The position numbers and the translations under genes were made by a program. A stretch of 64,000 bases of DNA. It comes from Candidatus Heimdallarchaeum aukensis (GTDB lineage Archaea > Asgardarchaeota > Heimdallarchaeia > Heimdallarchaeales > Heimdallarchaeaceae). The notes under the pieces were generated by a model. It was not told where the DNA came from. It worked only from the letters and a program-made list of their open reading frames with translations, and made no database searches. Of this stretch, positions 48,318 through 58,515 are shown piece after piece. The stretch covers positions 2,464,001-2,528,000 of the forward strand of contig CP084166.1 of NCBI GenBank assembly GCA_021513695.1, written 5' to 3'. Position 1 is the first letter of the stretch. The number at the start of each line of letters is the position of its first letter.

Positions 48318-49919
48318 TTATTTCTCAAGTTCTTCTTTTATAGATGGAGTTACCCCCCCATGTTTCATTCTACGTTTCTTAATATTAACTAAAAGTGTAA
48401 AAGGAACAGATAATCCTGTAACCATAGCTTCACCAGTAGCTAGCCCTTTAATTGCTTCGAAATCTTCTTTTGTCATATGTTCTGCAATGTTTTGTACATA
48501 ATTTTGGTCTTTTGGATTCATCATTCTTAGTATAAAATGGGTGTTACATTGGCTTAAAATGTCTGCATCAACTTTAGAAGGTCTTTGTGATACAATACAC
48601 AATCCCATACCAAATTTTCTTCCTTCAGAAGCAACTCTTGCAATTATCTGTTTAGAAGCAGAAGGGCTTGTTCCTGGAGGAATGAAATTATGTGCTTCTT
48701 CAATAATTGTTAAAAATGGCTTTATTTTTGATTCATAACTTGTTTTCCTCAAATCAAAGAGTTTTCTTAGAATTAATCCTACTAAAGCTTGTTGATCAAA
48801 AGCTTCAATTCCTCCTAAGTCTAATATTGATATTTGCCCTTTCTTTACAAATTCTGAAACATCAGTTCCTTTTCCAAAAGTAAAATATGGTCTTTTCAAT
48901 AGTGCTCTCATTTTATTTTCAAGTGCTCTTCTTGTTCCTTTGTGTTCTATTCTTTCTATTGACTTTTCTATTAATTCCTCAATGCTGGTTGGAGGATTTC
49001 CATCAAGTGCTTCCATATGTATTTCATCCCAACCTCGATCTAATGATGCACTCTGAGCCTCTGAAATACCATAGTACTGTGAAAGTAAAGTCTTGATTTG
49101 CCATGTCTCTAACTCTGCTGGATGAAACTTAACACTAATTGTTACTCTTTTTCTTCCATGAACATCTTCAAACTTCTTTTCAAGTAAATAATTAAATTCT
49201 CCAGGAACAAATGTTAGTACTGACTTTGAGATTTCACGTGCTTCTCTTGAATCTTCATTAGGAATAAGTGTTGAAGAATATTCGCTATGAGGATCAATAA
49301 GAATGATGGGTAGTTTGAGATTATCTATTAAATATAATTCTTCGAGAATAACACCAACAGTATAACTTTTTCCTGCTCCTGTCATTGCTAAAACTGAAAA
49401 ATGATGTGTTACAAGTTTTTCATAATCTATATATGCTGGAACATTATGATTATCTCTCAAATTACCAATAATAATTGTTCTATCCTTAATGAAAAAAGAA
49501 GAAACAAATTCATCATCGGCCATATAAATAATTGTACCAGGATTAAGAGGGATTCGAGGTCTGACAAAGGCATTTCCTATTTTTCTTCCAATTATTAAAA
49601 CTGAAAATCCCATCATTCCAGCAATTTCAGAAGCTAATCCTAAATGTTCAATAGTCATAGAACTTGCCTCTAAGTCTTTTGTTCTAAGTTTTGGCATCAT
49701 ATTTTCATCTAATAGTAATCTGTTTTTTGTCCAAACAGATATAACTCTCCCTAGTAAAAATTCTTGTTTTTTATTTTCATCTAGATATTGTATTTTTACT
49801 AGTCTACCAATACCAATACTTGGCGAGTCTTTCAGAGCAATTGCTTCTACCAAGTATGGTGTTGTTTTTCCATAAACTATTCCAACAGGTATGTTTTTTT
49901 TCTCTCTATTTTGTTCCAT
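48318..49919 (-). CDS. HerA-like FtsK/HerA-superfamily ATPase (DUF87 type)
   Basis: Walker A HFSVLAMTGAGKSYTVGVILEEL. LPIILIDPHSEYSS matches the hDPHGEY HerA motif. Walker B FLTIIEEAHNFIP. Confidence 0.8.
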   Translation of the reverse strand: MEQNREKKNIPVGIVYGKTTPYLVEAIALKDSPSIGIGRLVKIQYLDENKKQEFLLGRVISVWTKNRLLLDENMMPKLRTKDLEASSMTIEHLGLASEIAGMMGFSVLIIGRKIGNAFVRPRIPLNPGTIIYMADDEFVSSFFIKDRTIIIGNLRDNHNVPAYIDYEKLVTHHFSVLAMTGAGKSYTVGVILEELYLIDNLKLPIILIDPHSEYSSTLIPNEDSREAREISKSVLTFVPGEFNYLLEKKFEDVHGRKRVTISVKFHPAELETWQIKTLLSQYYGISEAQSASLDRGWDEIHMEALDGNPPTSIEELIEKSIERIEHKGTRRALENKMRALLKRPYFTFGKGTDVSEFVKKGQISILDLGGIEAFDQQALVGLILRKLFDLRKTSYESKIKPFLTIIEEAHNFIPPGTSPSASKQIIARVASEGRKFGMGLCIVSQRPSKVDADILSQCNTHFILRMMNPKDQNYVQNIAEHMTKEDFEAIKGLATGEAMVTGLSVPFTLLVNIKKRRMKHGGVTPSIKEELEK

Positions 49920-49928
49920 TTTCCTTCC

Positions 49929-51053
49929 TCAATGTAGTAATTTTCTCATTTTTGAATTAATCAAATCTCTGGCAATATCTGGTGCAATATCTCGTATCTC
50001 ATAAATTAGTTGGGTAAAGACTTTGGATGAAAATGATTTTGTTACTCTTGTAAGTTCGTCTACAAAAACTAAAGGATAAGGATATCCAACAACAGGTGAA
50101 ATCCGACATAAGTCATTAAATAATTCAAATAGTGAGTCCAATTTGGATAAATCCCATTTTGGAAATTCTAGATATAGTGCATGAGATGAATTAGGATACA
50201 AATAATAGGTACTACAAACACCTTCTCTTTTTAAGATTGAAATTGGGATTTCACCATGGGTGATACCAGCGACTGAAACATCTAAAGGTTCAAAATAAGC
50301 TGGTTTATCAGGCGAATATTTTCGTATTATATGTTGTAAAGCTATTCTTTCTCTCCAAGATTCATTTTCAATTAAATTTCGAAGAATTTCTAACTTTTCT
50401 TTATTAATATTTAATTTATCCATTACTTCCTTATCACACTTTAAAGCTCTTAGATATTTAGCTCTTCTCGCATCTTTTGATACTGCAATTACACTCACTT
50501 TACTCTTTTTTAAAGCTAAATTAAAAAAATCATTAGCATTTTTTTGATACTTTAGGAAAGCATCTGACAATTCTCTTATGTTAGTAACATTTACAGAAGT
50601 ATCAGGAAATGTGATAGCTCCATCAAGTAAAACAAGAGTTGGAATATCATCATCTATTTCATTAATTGCTTTTTTTGCAACATAATATTCTAAAGACTTC
50701 ATGAAAGTGGATGAAACTATTGAAGCTATATCTGAAGCTGGAGTATCAAAAAGTTGAATATCATTAAAATCAGTAATTTTTGCCTTTCCAAGTGTAATCA
50801 TAAAGGCTCGAGCAGAAGCAACAGCAAATCCCACTCCTTCTAAAGATGTATGATCCATCCCCCCATCAACGGCTATAACTCTCCAATTTTCATCTGAAAA
50901 TGATTTATATTTTGGAATATTTATGATAAGATCTTTTAAAATTTTGAAGTTATTGGCCTGTCTTCTAACTTTTGCAACAAGTTTTGGTACTTCTATTCTT
51001 CTATATCTATCAATTTCTTTCATAATAAGATTGAAATTATCCATTATCTTCAC
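49929..51053 (-). CDS. NurA-like nuclease domain protein
   Basis: WRVIAVDGGMDHTS matches the NurA first motif h-A-h-D-G-S/G. TLVLLDGAITFPD, and VIAVSKDARRAKY matches the NurA GhSKDS motif. Its stop is 10 nt before the HerA start. Confidence 0.55.
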   Translation of the reverse strand: MKIMDNFNLIMKEIDRYRRIEVPKLVAKVRRQANNFKILKDLIINIPKYKSFSDENWRVIAVDGGMDHTSLEGVGFAVASARAFMITLGKAKITDFNDIQLFDTPASDIASIVSSTFMKSLEYYVAKKAINEIDDDIPTLVLLDGAITFPDTSVNVTNIRELSDAFLKYQKNANDFFNLALKKSKVSVIAVSKDARRAKYLRALKCDKEVMDKLNINKEKLEILRNLIENESWRERIALQHIIRKYSPDKPAYFEPLDVSVAGITHGEIPISILKREGVCSTYYLYPNSSHALYLEFPKWDLSKLDSLFELFNDLCRISPVVGYPYPLVFVDELTRVTKSFSSKVFTQLIYEIRDIAPDIARDLINSKMRKLLH

Positions 51054-51783
51054 ATTCTTTTAGCTTGTTATCTAATTCTGGCCATTTCAGCCTTAGTTGA
51101 TGTAATCTGTCATTAAAATCTGTAGCACATCCAATTTTTTCGTCTTTAATCTCTAAAATGCCTTTTTCAATAAAAATTTCCATCCATTCTGATATTTCAT
51201 CAATCTCAGCTAATCTGTAAAAATCGCTTAGGGATATTGATTCTCCGAAACTCATCAAAAAGGTTAATGAACGTTGAATTCCATCCCATACTCTTTTAGA
51301 GAATTTTGGAAATGCAGCTTCAGATACTGTGATATTTTTGAATATCTCTTTAAATATGTTTTTTATCAGTTCTGTTTCAAGTTTTCTGTGATACTCTGTA
51401 AAGTATGGCAAACAATAGATAAAGTTGTCTCGAATGATAGCAATAATGTGTTTTTGGAATTTAATTGTTTTGTCTTTAGCTTCTATTCCAACGTTTCCAA
51501 CTTTCAAGATTTCTCTCTGATTTTCAAATTTGATTGAATCTAAAGTAACCTCACAACTTTTTATCGTTTTACAAAAATGTTCAATATCTATTTTAGAAAG
51601 AGCGATTATTATTCCTATGCGGTTACTAGTTATTTCTTTTTTATAGTCTTCAATTAATGAGTAAGTAATTAAGATACAATTTGATTGTTTAATATCATCT
51701 GTTCTTGAAAATTCAGTGTCTTCTAAAATAAATTTTAGAGGATTATATATTTGAGGAGGAATGAACATCTTCATACTTAACAC
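51037..51783 (-). CDS. hypothetical protein (248 aa), operonic between the large NTPase and the NurA-like gene
   Basis: Overlaps the NurA-like start by 17 nt and abuts the NTPase stop. Confidence 0.45.
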   Translation of the reverse strand: MLSMKMFIPPQIYNPLKFILEDTEFSRTDDIKQSNCILITYSLIEDYKKEITSNRIGIIIALSKIDIEHFCKTIKSCEVTLDSIKFENQREILKVGNVGIEAKDKTIKFQKHIIAIIRDNFIYCLPYFTEYHRKLETELIKNIFKEIFKNITVSEAAFPKFSKRVWDGIQRSLTFLMSFGESISLSDFYRLAEIDEISEWMEIFIEKGILEIKDEKIGCATDFNDRLHQLRLKWPELDNKLKECEDNG

Positions 51784-54700
51784 CTATGTAGAAATTGTTT
51801 TAATAATTAGTTTTCTATTAATTAGATCTTCTATACAATTATCTACTTTATTTTTACCAAACTTTTCGTACAATTTTTCTAACTCTATTGCTCTCTTTGG
51901 TCCCTCTTTTCCTATCTCAAAGGCTATATCTTTATATTTAGTGAAATGTTCTTCTAAAAATTTATCTGTTACTTGTTTAAGATTGTACAAATCGTCAATA
52001 ACATTAAAAGATATTTCACGTTTTGAATCAACTTTATTAAGTAAACTAGGGATTTCATTAATACTTTTTACATCTTGATTTGATAGGATTAGATCTATAT
52101 TTCGTTCCTTTATCCAATTAAAAAAATTTGAAATTTGATTTAGAATTTTTTGTACATTGCGAAGCAGTATAGTTTGAATATCCTTATAAAAAGTTTCAAT
52201 TTCAGCACAAATTCGTGCAAACCAATCTAAGTATTTGTTAGCAAAAAACGGATCCTCTGGTAGTTCTGCTTTTAAGACATCATTTTCTAATTCTCTAAAC
52301 TCTCTCTCACCAATTTTATCTATGATTGATGAAATTTCAGTACTATTCTCAAAAACATAATCCCATTTTTTAATATCAACCAATTTTAGATTTTTTAAAG
52401 TGCTTAAGTATTTGTTAATAATTTCTGTTTGTTTTTCTAGTTTGGAATACAATGAAGATATTTGACTTTTAGCTTCAATGTGCTTGTTAAGTTCCTTCTT
52501 TATATTCTCAATTTTTACAATAGCTTTGTTTATTTCATTAATTTTCTTTATTGAATTTAATACACTAATGATTTTTTGAACAATATTATTAATTTTCGGA
52601 TCTGATTTTTTACTATGTTTATTACATTCTGCACTTATCTGTTTTAACAAAATTCTTAAGCTTTCTAGCTCACTTGTCACTTTTGAATAATCTTCTTCAT
52701 ATGCTTCAACTACTTCTGAAAAATCCCTCAATTTTTCATGTAATTTGCTTCTTTCATTGTAAATTTCAACTAATAATTCTCCTGTAATGTCAATAAAGTT
52801 TTTAGGTACTATTTCTTCAATATCTTTAGCATTTTTCTCAATTTCAGAAAGTTCATTTTCTAAATTCTTCAACTCTTGTAAAGTTTCAATTTCTAAATTG
52901 ATTGTGTGAGTATTTTCAGAAAAATCGACTCTAATAGTTTCTAACTCTGTAAACTTCTCAACTAAATTTAAATATTGTTTGGTTACCTCGTTAAGGTAAG
53001 TTCTATCCAATTTAGGATTGTAAAAATCAAATTTAAATTTCTTTTTTGCCTTTGGTGCTTGATCTATTAGAATACCTTTTACTGTTAGGAGTCTGAGGAT
53101 CTCTATTTCTTCTAAAATTGAACATGAAAGAGCATATCGTCTTCTTAATCTTATTCTTGCCAATTCAGGATCAATAGAATGAGCAAAAACAGAAAACAGT
53201 TCTATTATATCACGTTCTATTAAACTTAATTTTTGTACTTTATTGAACTTGAAAAGGCTACCAAAGCGTTCAAGTTTAGTTTTTAATTCGTTTATTTTTT
53301 GGTTGTTGGGTTCTTCTGAAACAATTTCTTCCCATAATTCATAATAAGTATCTAGTAGATCGTTAAAATCTCTTTTTTGGAAAATTCTATTGTCAAGAGG
53401 TATTCTATCCATTTTGTCAAATTCAGTTCTTATTTCCTTTTGAGTGTTGGTAAGCCAAGTAATGAAATTGTTTTTTATATCATCATGATTTTTCTCTTGA
53501 TGTGTTTCTTTTGGATATAAAATGTGAATTAGATCTTTTTTAGGAATTCCATACACTTTAATTAAAGGACTGTCTCTAGGTTTTAAATCCACTATTCCAG
53601 TTAATTCTTGTGATAGTTTTTCATGTTTGATTATTTCGTCTGTTTCTTCAGGCACCAAAAATGTAATTGCTTCAAAAAGTTCTGAACTTTTTACACATAA
53701 CTTTAGGTAGGTTTTAAGAATATCTTTTATATCCTTCTCTATTGATGGCTTAGCAAGCATGATTGCATTTTTTGGAGAGTCAATTGCACATACCAAATCG
53801 TTAATATTCTTATCTTTAGTTCCTAAAACGGAAATATAATGCATTTTTAGTATTTCTTTTAGATTTTTTGAGAATTTAACTGATATTTTTCTAGAAGATT
53901 CATTATCAAATTGCTGTAATGCTTTTCTCTCACCACTTATTTCTATACCTCTTATCTGTTTTTCTTTAATTTCATTTTTCCATCTTTGTTCAGAAATAAG
54001 TATATATGATTTTGCTTTGTTTTCAAACAATTCTCTTAATTCTTCATTTAACGTTTTCAGATTTTTTTTCTTAACTGCAATATAAGTGTTATATTCGCTA
54101 ACTGGAACTGTAGTAGGATCGTAATTATTCTTTACTAAATCATTATCAATATATGTTGCATACTTTTTAATAAGTCTGATATTTCTGTATTGACTGTCTT
54201 TTTCGCTGTATTCGATGTCTTTAACTATTTCTTCGTAATTTTCTATATTATCTTCATAATTAATAATTAATAAATCATCAACAAGACCTGAATCGATTAA
54301 CCGGTTTTTAAAGAATTCTACCAAATTTTGATCGATGTAATTTTTAAGTTCAGCATCAGAAATTGCAGAGTGGTCAAAATAAATTCGAAAAAGTAATTTG
54401 TAGATTGTTTCTTCATTAATGTTTATTTCTTTTGCAAACTTTCTTGCTACCTCAATTAACGAGGAATTAATCTTTCTTAACGCATTTTCAAAATTCTCAT
54501 TATTTAATCCTAAGATTTCAGGTTTTTTTATTATCTCTTCAAAATGTTCTAAGGTGAATTGAATTATTATTTCTTCTTTTCTTTCTAAGGTTTTTTTTGC
54601 TAAATACACCACTAGTCTATCCATCAATTTTATTAACATTCTTGTATTAACATAGGTATATTCATGTACTAAGGCAGAAAGCTTAGCTAAAGCTAAAGCA

Positions 54701-55458
54701 GTTCCTTCACTAAATGGATAATAAGGGTTTTTTAAATTAATTAAATTCCTTAAATCTTGATTTGCGTAAAAGTAAATGTAGCGACGAACTAATCCAGCCA
54801 TCTTCCAATCTTCAGGCTCTGGAATTATTATTTTGAATCCAATTAATCTATTATCACTTATATCCGGGTGGTAACTTAAGACATAATTCCAAGATGGAAC
54901 ACCAAAACCTAAAACTAGCATAATATTTTTGAAATCACTAAACCTATCATTTCTTTCTAAAAATCTCCTAAAATCTTTAAAGAATCGATCCGCATCGTTT
55001 CTTGATATCTGATTATTTGAAATCATTCTAGGAATATCATCTATTTCATCGATAAAAATAATAACTCGTTTTGAGGTATTTTCATCTTTTAAATTTCTAG
55101 ATAATTGTTTTTTTAAAAAAGAGTATAAATTTAGTGTGTCTCTACTAAATTGAGTGAAAATTGATATTATACCTATACTTTTAGTATATCTAGCAAGATA
55201 TTTCATAAGTTCAGATTTTCCTGAACCATATTCACCAATTACTGCTAAAGCAATATTGTCCCTATAATTAGTTGATTCTTCTAGTTTTCCGATAGCTCGT
55301 ATTAAAGCATTTCTTACCCCTACTGGAGGTGGAACATCTTCGTCCAATCCTTTAGTAACCCCCATTGGATTAAAAGGATTACTTGTAAAACCAACCTTTT
55401 TGAATAAATTCATTTCGTTACTCATATTTAAAATCCTCCTTAATTTCAGTAATCCCAT
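51784..55458 (-). CDS. large (1224 aa) P-loop NTPase: N-terminal AAA_16/STAND-like NTPase domain followed by about 900 aa of alpha-helical, coiled-coil-rich sequence
   Basis: Walker A IALAVIGEYGSGKSELMKYL and Walker B RVIIFIDEIDDI 60 aa later. The C-terminal half is rich in heptad-like K/E/L/I runs, for example LENELSEIEKNAKDIEEI...LESLRILLKQISAECNK. Confidence 0.75.
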   Translation of the reverse strand: MGLLKLRRILNMSNEMNLFKKVGFTSNPFNPMGVTKGLDEDVPPPVGVRNALIRAIGKLEESTNYRDNIALAVIGEYGSGKSELMKYLARYTKSIGIISIFTQFSRDTLNLYSFLKKQLSRNLKDENTSKRVIIFIDEIDDIPRMISNNQISRNDADRFFKDFRRFLERNDRFSDFKNIMLVLGFGVPSWNYVLSYHPDISDNRLIGFKIIIPEPEDWKMAGLVRRYIYFYANQDLRNLINLKNPYYPFSEGTALALAKLSALVHEYTYVNTRMLIKLMDRLVVYLAKKTLERKEEIIIQFTLEHFEEIIKKPEILGLNNENFENALRKINSSLIEVARKFAKEININEETIYKLLFRIYFDHSAISDAELKNYIDQNLVEFFKNRLIDSGLVDDLLIINYEDNIENYEEIVKDIEYSEKDSQYRNIRLIKKYATYIDNDLVKNNYDPTTVPVSEYNTYIAVKKKNLKTLNEELRELFENKAKSYILISEQRWKNEIKEKQIRGIEISGERKALQQFDNESSRKISVKFSKNLKEILKMHYISVLGTKDKNINDLVCAIDSPKNAIMLAKPSIEKDIKDILKTYLKLCVKSSELFEAITFLVPEETDEIIKHEKLSQELTGIVDLKPRDSPLIKVYGIPKKDLIHILYPKETHQEKNHDDIKNNFITWLTNTQKEIRTEFDKMDRIPLDNRIFQKRDFNDLLDTYYELWEEIVSEEPNNQKINELKTKLERFGSLFKFNKVQKLSLIERDIIELFSVFAHSIDPELARIRLRRRYALSCSILEEIEILRLLTVKGILIDQAPKAKKKFKFDFYNPKLDRTYLNEVTKQYLNLVEKFTELETIRVDFSENTHTINLEIETLQELKNLENELSEIEKNAKDIEEIVPKNFIDITGELLVEIYNERSKLHEKLRDFSEVVEAYEEDYSKVTSELESLRILLKQISAECNKHSKKSDPKINNIVQKIISVLNSIKKINEINKAIVKIENIKKELNKHIEAKSQISSLYSKLEKQTEIINKYLSTLKNLKLVDIKKWDYVFENSTEISSIIDKIGEREFRELENDVLKAELPEDPFFANKYLDWFARICAEIETFYKDIQTILLRNVQKILNQISNFFNWIKERNIDLILSNQDVKSINEIPSLLNKVDSKREISFNVIDDLYNLKQVTDKFLEEHFTKYKDIAFEIGKEGPKRAIELEKLYEKFGKNKVDNCIEDLINRKLIIKTIST

Positions 55459-56176
55459 AAGTGCCAGGTATGATGTTCTCGACTCCTACACCAAATTTAA
55501 ATTGAATCTGAAGATCATCTTTCAGTGTTTTTAATAGATTAAAAGCAGTTTCTAACGTCATTACTTTATTTGATTCTAGCACCTTCTGGGTAAAGCACTC
55601 TATGATGTCATATGTTCTCAATTGCTTTATTTTGGCTTCTTTTGAGATAATTCCTATACATTTTTTAAACAAACTAACATATGTTCTTGTTGTCATCTTG
55701 CTTTCATAATAAATTCCTTCTGATTCCTTTTTTAGTAATGAGCTCATTATTGCTAATGCTGTTAAAGTGTTAAATGTAGGTTCAGGAAGATTCCAACCAT
55801 AACTGAACTGTTTCTCCTTGATTAAATTAAAAAGGGATTTTTTACTTTCAAAAAATTTATCACTACTTTCATCTAAAAAATCAGTTAAAACTCTATATTG
55901 AGGTATCTGACTCATTAAAATGTTATGAAGCAAATCTGAAAACTTATCTTTTTCATTACGAAATTCAAACAATTTTTGACCATTTTGTGTGAATTTTAGA
56001 TATTTATTTTTCTCTTCTTCAATAATTCCAAGCTGTTTCATGAGTCTTCTAACATCATTACCTGATGTATCAAATTGTTTAAACTGTTCTACTGGAATTT
56101 TCCCTTTATATAGACCTATGGCTGTTAAACACCTCATAAATGAACCTTCAGTAACTTGAGGTAATGATTTAATCAT
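55418..56176 (-). CDS. hypothetical protein (252 aa), first gene of the five-gene operon
   Basis: Overlaps the NTPase start by 41 nt. Its start is 84 bp downstream of the IS insertion. Confidence 0.45.
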   Translation of the reverse strand: MIKSLPQVTEGSFMRCLTAIGLYKGKIPVEQFKQFDTSGNDVRRLMKQLGIIEEEKNKYLKFTQNGQKLFEFRNEKDKFSDLLHNILMSQIPQYRVLTDFLDESSDKFFESKKSLFNLIKEKQFSYGWNLPEPTFNTLTALAIMSSLLKKESEGIYYESKMTTRTYVSLFKKCIGIISKEAKIKQLRTYDIIECFTQKVLESNKVMTLETAFNLLKTLKDDLQIQFKFGVGVENIIPGTYGITEIKEDFKYE

Positions 56177-56259
56177 CGAGTGTTTATTTAATTTTTATTA
56201 TATTTATTTTATGGAAAAAGTATGTTTTTTTTAAAAAAATATTATCTCTTTTAAGAAAA

Positions 56260-57268
56260 AAGCATGTCCAAAAATTCTTTTTCACCAACTATACAGTCCG
56301 AAGGAGTAAACGGTAGTTATAACAGAGGAGAGAACTGTACAAGGTAGAAAGGATGGTAGAGGGTAAGCGATCAAGTATCGGGGGAAGAGAGAGTTTGAGG
56401 AGACCAAAGACATGTTCAATACTACTACGATACTCGGGGTGGTGATTATGACGATAGAGACCAGGGTAGAGACGATGAGCTTGAACTATTGGTCCAAGAG
56501 GAGGAGGAGAGGGATAACGAGCATTACTTTTTGGGGGAATAACAGGAAAAAAGGAATGTTGGCTAAGAAGACCGACGATATTTTCTGTCCAGTAGGCACA
56601 GTCTCCATAGAATCGCAAGAAAGGTCTCAAGAGTGCAGAAGGAAGTTTCTGCCATAACAAACCGAAGACTTTACTATCGTGAGTGTTACTAGCAGAATGA
56701 GTAAGAGAGACTATAGCTCGAGAGGGTAAACCAACTATAAGGTGTATCTTCCAGAAAAGTTTAGTTTGGAGGTTTTCTTTAGTCCTCCTCTTGCCCACTT
56801 GAGAAAACGCCAAACAGAAGCTTGACGGATTTTAAACCCTGAACTATCCACCGCCATAGCTTTCAACCCTTTTTTCCTCACTATTTTCCTACCTAAATCT
56901 ATTATCCACCGCTCCAGCAACTCACTTTCTGTCGCTCTCCACACTGCATGAAAAGTAGATTTGGAAGGAATCTTCTTCATCCACCCCTCTTCTATCAAAA
57001 AAGCGCATAAAGACAACTTTTCCTCTAACTTCCTCCAAGCAATTCCTTCTATTCTAGCAATGATCGCTAAAGCCAGTATCACCCATCTTTCTGCTATTCT
57101 CTTTCTCCCTCTCTTGCTTTCTCTCGGTTCCTCTTTCACCAGTTTCTTAAGGAAAGGTTCATTAATGATTATGAATTCTCTTGCTTTGTGGGGGTCTATG
57201 ATCTGAAAGAAATTCATACTTCCGACATAAACCCCCACATTAATAAAAATTAATTTTTGGACATGCTT
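56260..57268 (-). mobile_element. IS element of about 1009 bp (IS5/IS4 superfamily), copy 2, with orfA/orfB arranged for a -1 frameshift and flanked by an 8-bp direct repeat TAAGAAAA
   Basis: Same terminal inverted repeats as the copy at 19707..20714 (AAGCATGTCCAAAAATT). TAAGAAAA sits immediately on both sides, at 56252-56259 and 57269-57276. Confidence 0.85.
56289..57238 (-). CDS. IS5/IS4-superfamily DDE transposase encoded as orfA (56735..57238) and orfB (56289..56813) with a 79-nt overlap in the -1 frame
   Basis: orfA has MAVDSSGFKIR (first D). orfB has FYGDCAYWTENIVG (second D) and SSIEHVFGLLK (E). The overlap contains cta aag aaa acc. Confidence 0.75.
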
Positions 57269-57282
57269 TAAGAAAATTTAAA

Positions 57283-58515
57283 TTAGTTTATTTTGTTTAT
57301 ATCTTCATTTTCTAAATAGTAATCTTGAATTATGTCAGAAAGATTGTAATTTTTAAAATATCCATTATTTAACTCTATTATGAATGGAATATATTTTCTT
57401 AATGGAGAGGTCTTTAAATACGTTTTTAACTGTTCTAACTTATCGCTAGTAAAGGGTAACATATTTTTTATTCGTTCAAATTCGTTTAAATAAACGTAAG
57501 CATTATGTAAAGCTCTTAAGTTAAAGCTTTTATCTAAATTCTCTCTTGTATGAGGATTCACTCCGCATTCGCATTTTAAAAATTCTTCTTCATGTTCTTC
57601 TTCGAGAACTTTTCTTGATTTATTTTTTCTAGGAAATAGAAATCTATCTGACAGTCCTGGTAATTGTATCGCGCCATGAGCAGCTTTTAATCTCCATCCA
57701 ACAGAATCAACAGAATCAGCTCCCGCTCCATAAATGAGATTCATTGTTGTAGTTCCTCCAATGCCAAATACATGAAGTTTACTTTTAGGAAACAATTTTT
57801 TGACTAATGCCGTTGCAGCAAAAACGAACATTGGGGCATTTAACCTTTTATCTTTTGAATGTGTTGGAATATTCTTTGAACCTTTGCTATATTTTAATAA
57901 TGGAACCATTGAACCTAATCCTATCCACTTTGGATACGAATTAGTATAATCTTTGTAAATCTCTAGGATTTTTTTAGAATAATTAATAATTTTTCTAAAT
58001 GAATGACCGTGAACGACAGGTATTAACGTTGTATCCAGATTTGCTTGTAACATCTTTTCTAAATTATCTAGTGTTTTTTTTTGCCTGTAATAGTTTTTGG
58101 AATATGTGGCTGTAGGATCTAAAGGATGATCTAAAACTACTGCATAATCCGGTGATGCCTTATTATACAATTTTATTAGATCTTCAACTTTAATTGAGAT
58201 ACCTTGTTTTTTTTGAAAAATAAAACCTCCACTATCCATCATAACATTAGAATTAATTTCTAAAAAATTTTTTAATCCTTTTTTCTCAATTTTTTCTCTA
58301 ATTTTTGGCTTGAAAATAATTTCTGCTCCATTTACTAAAATTCCTACATTTTTTGAAGTAAACTTGGCTATACTTTTGACTTTAGGTTGTGGATTTATAG
58401 GTGTTCCAAACCAAAAAAAAAGGTCATTTTTACCAGAGTTATTATCGAATATGTCACTTACTATCTGTTGCTCAGTTTTTTCATCATCAGAAGAAATTTT
58501 ACATGTAGTAATCAT
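57283..58515 (-). CDS. tRNA-guanine transglycosylase (TGT) superfamily protein of 410 aa without a PUA domain; possibly a DpdA-like DNA 7-deazaguanine transglycosylase
   Basis: - NVMMDSGGFIF is the TGT LxxDSGGFQ motif with the catalytic Asp.
- VVLDHPLD.
- HVFGIGG is the hhMGVG block.
- The zinc site is CECGVNPH...LRALHNAY (CxCxxC...H). Confidence 0.7.
   Translation of the reverse strand: MITTCKISSDDEKTEQQIVSDIFDNNSGKNDLFFWFGTPINPQPKVKSIAKFTSKNVGILVNGAEIIFKPKIREKIEKKGLKNFLEINSNVMMDSGGFIFQKKQGISIKVEDLIKLYNKASPDYAVVLDHPLDPTATYSKNYYRQKKTLDNLEKMLQANLDTTLIPVVHGHSFRKIINYSKKILEIYKDYTNSYPKWIGLGSMVPLLKYSKGSKNIPTHSKDKRLNAPMFVFAATALVKKLFPKSKLHVFGIGGTTTMNLIYGAGADSVDSVGWRLKAAHGAIQLPGLSDRFLFPRKNKSRKVLEEEHEEEFLKCECGVNPHTRENLDKSFNLRALHNAYVYLNEFERIKNMLPFTSDKLEQLKTYLKTSPLRKYIPFIIELNNGYFKNYNLSDIIQDYYLENEDINKIN

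Noticed and set aside
51784-55458. Considered the 1224-aa ATPase to be Rad50/SbcC, which would complete a herA-nurA-rad50 repair cluster
   Set aside because: Walker A and Walker B lie about 60 aa apart at the N-terminus, which is AAA+/STAND-like. They are not split to opposite ends of a coiled coil as in SMC/Rad50. There is no ABC signature motif and no Mre11 partner.
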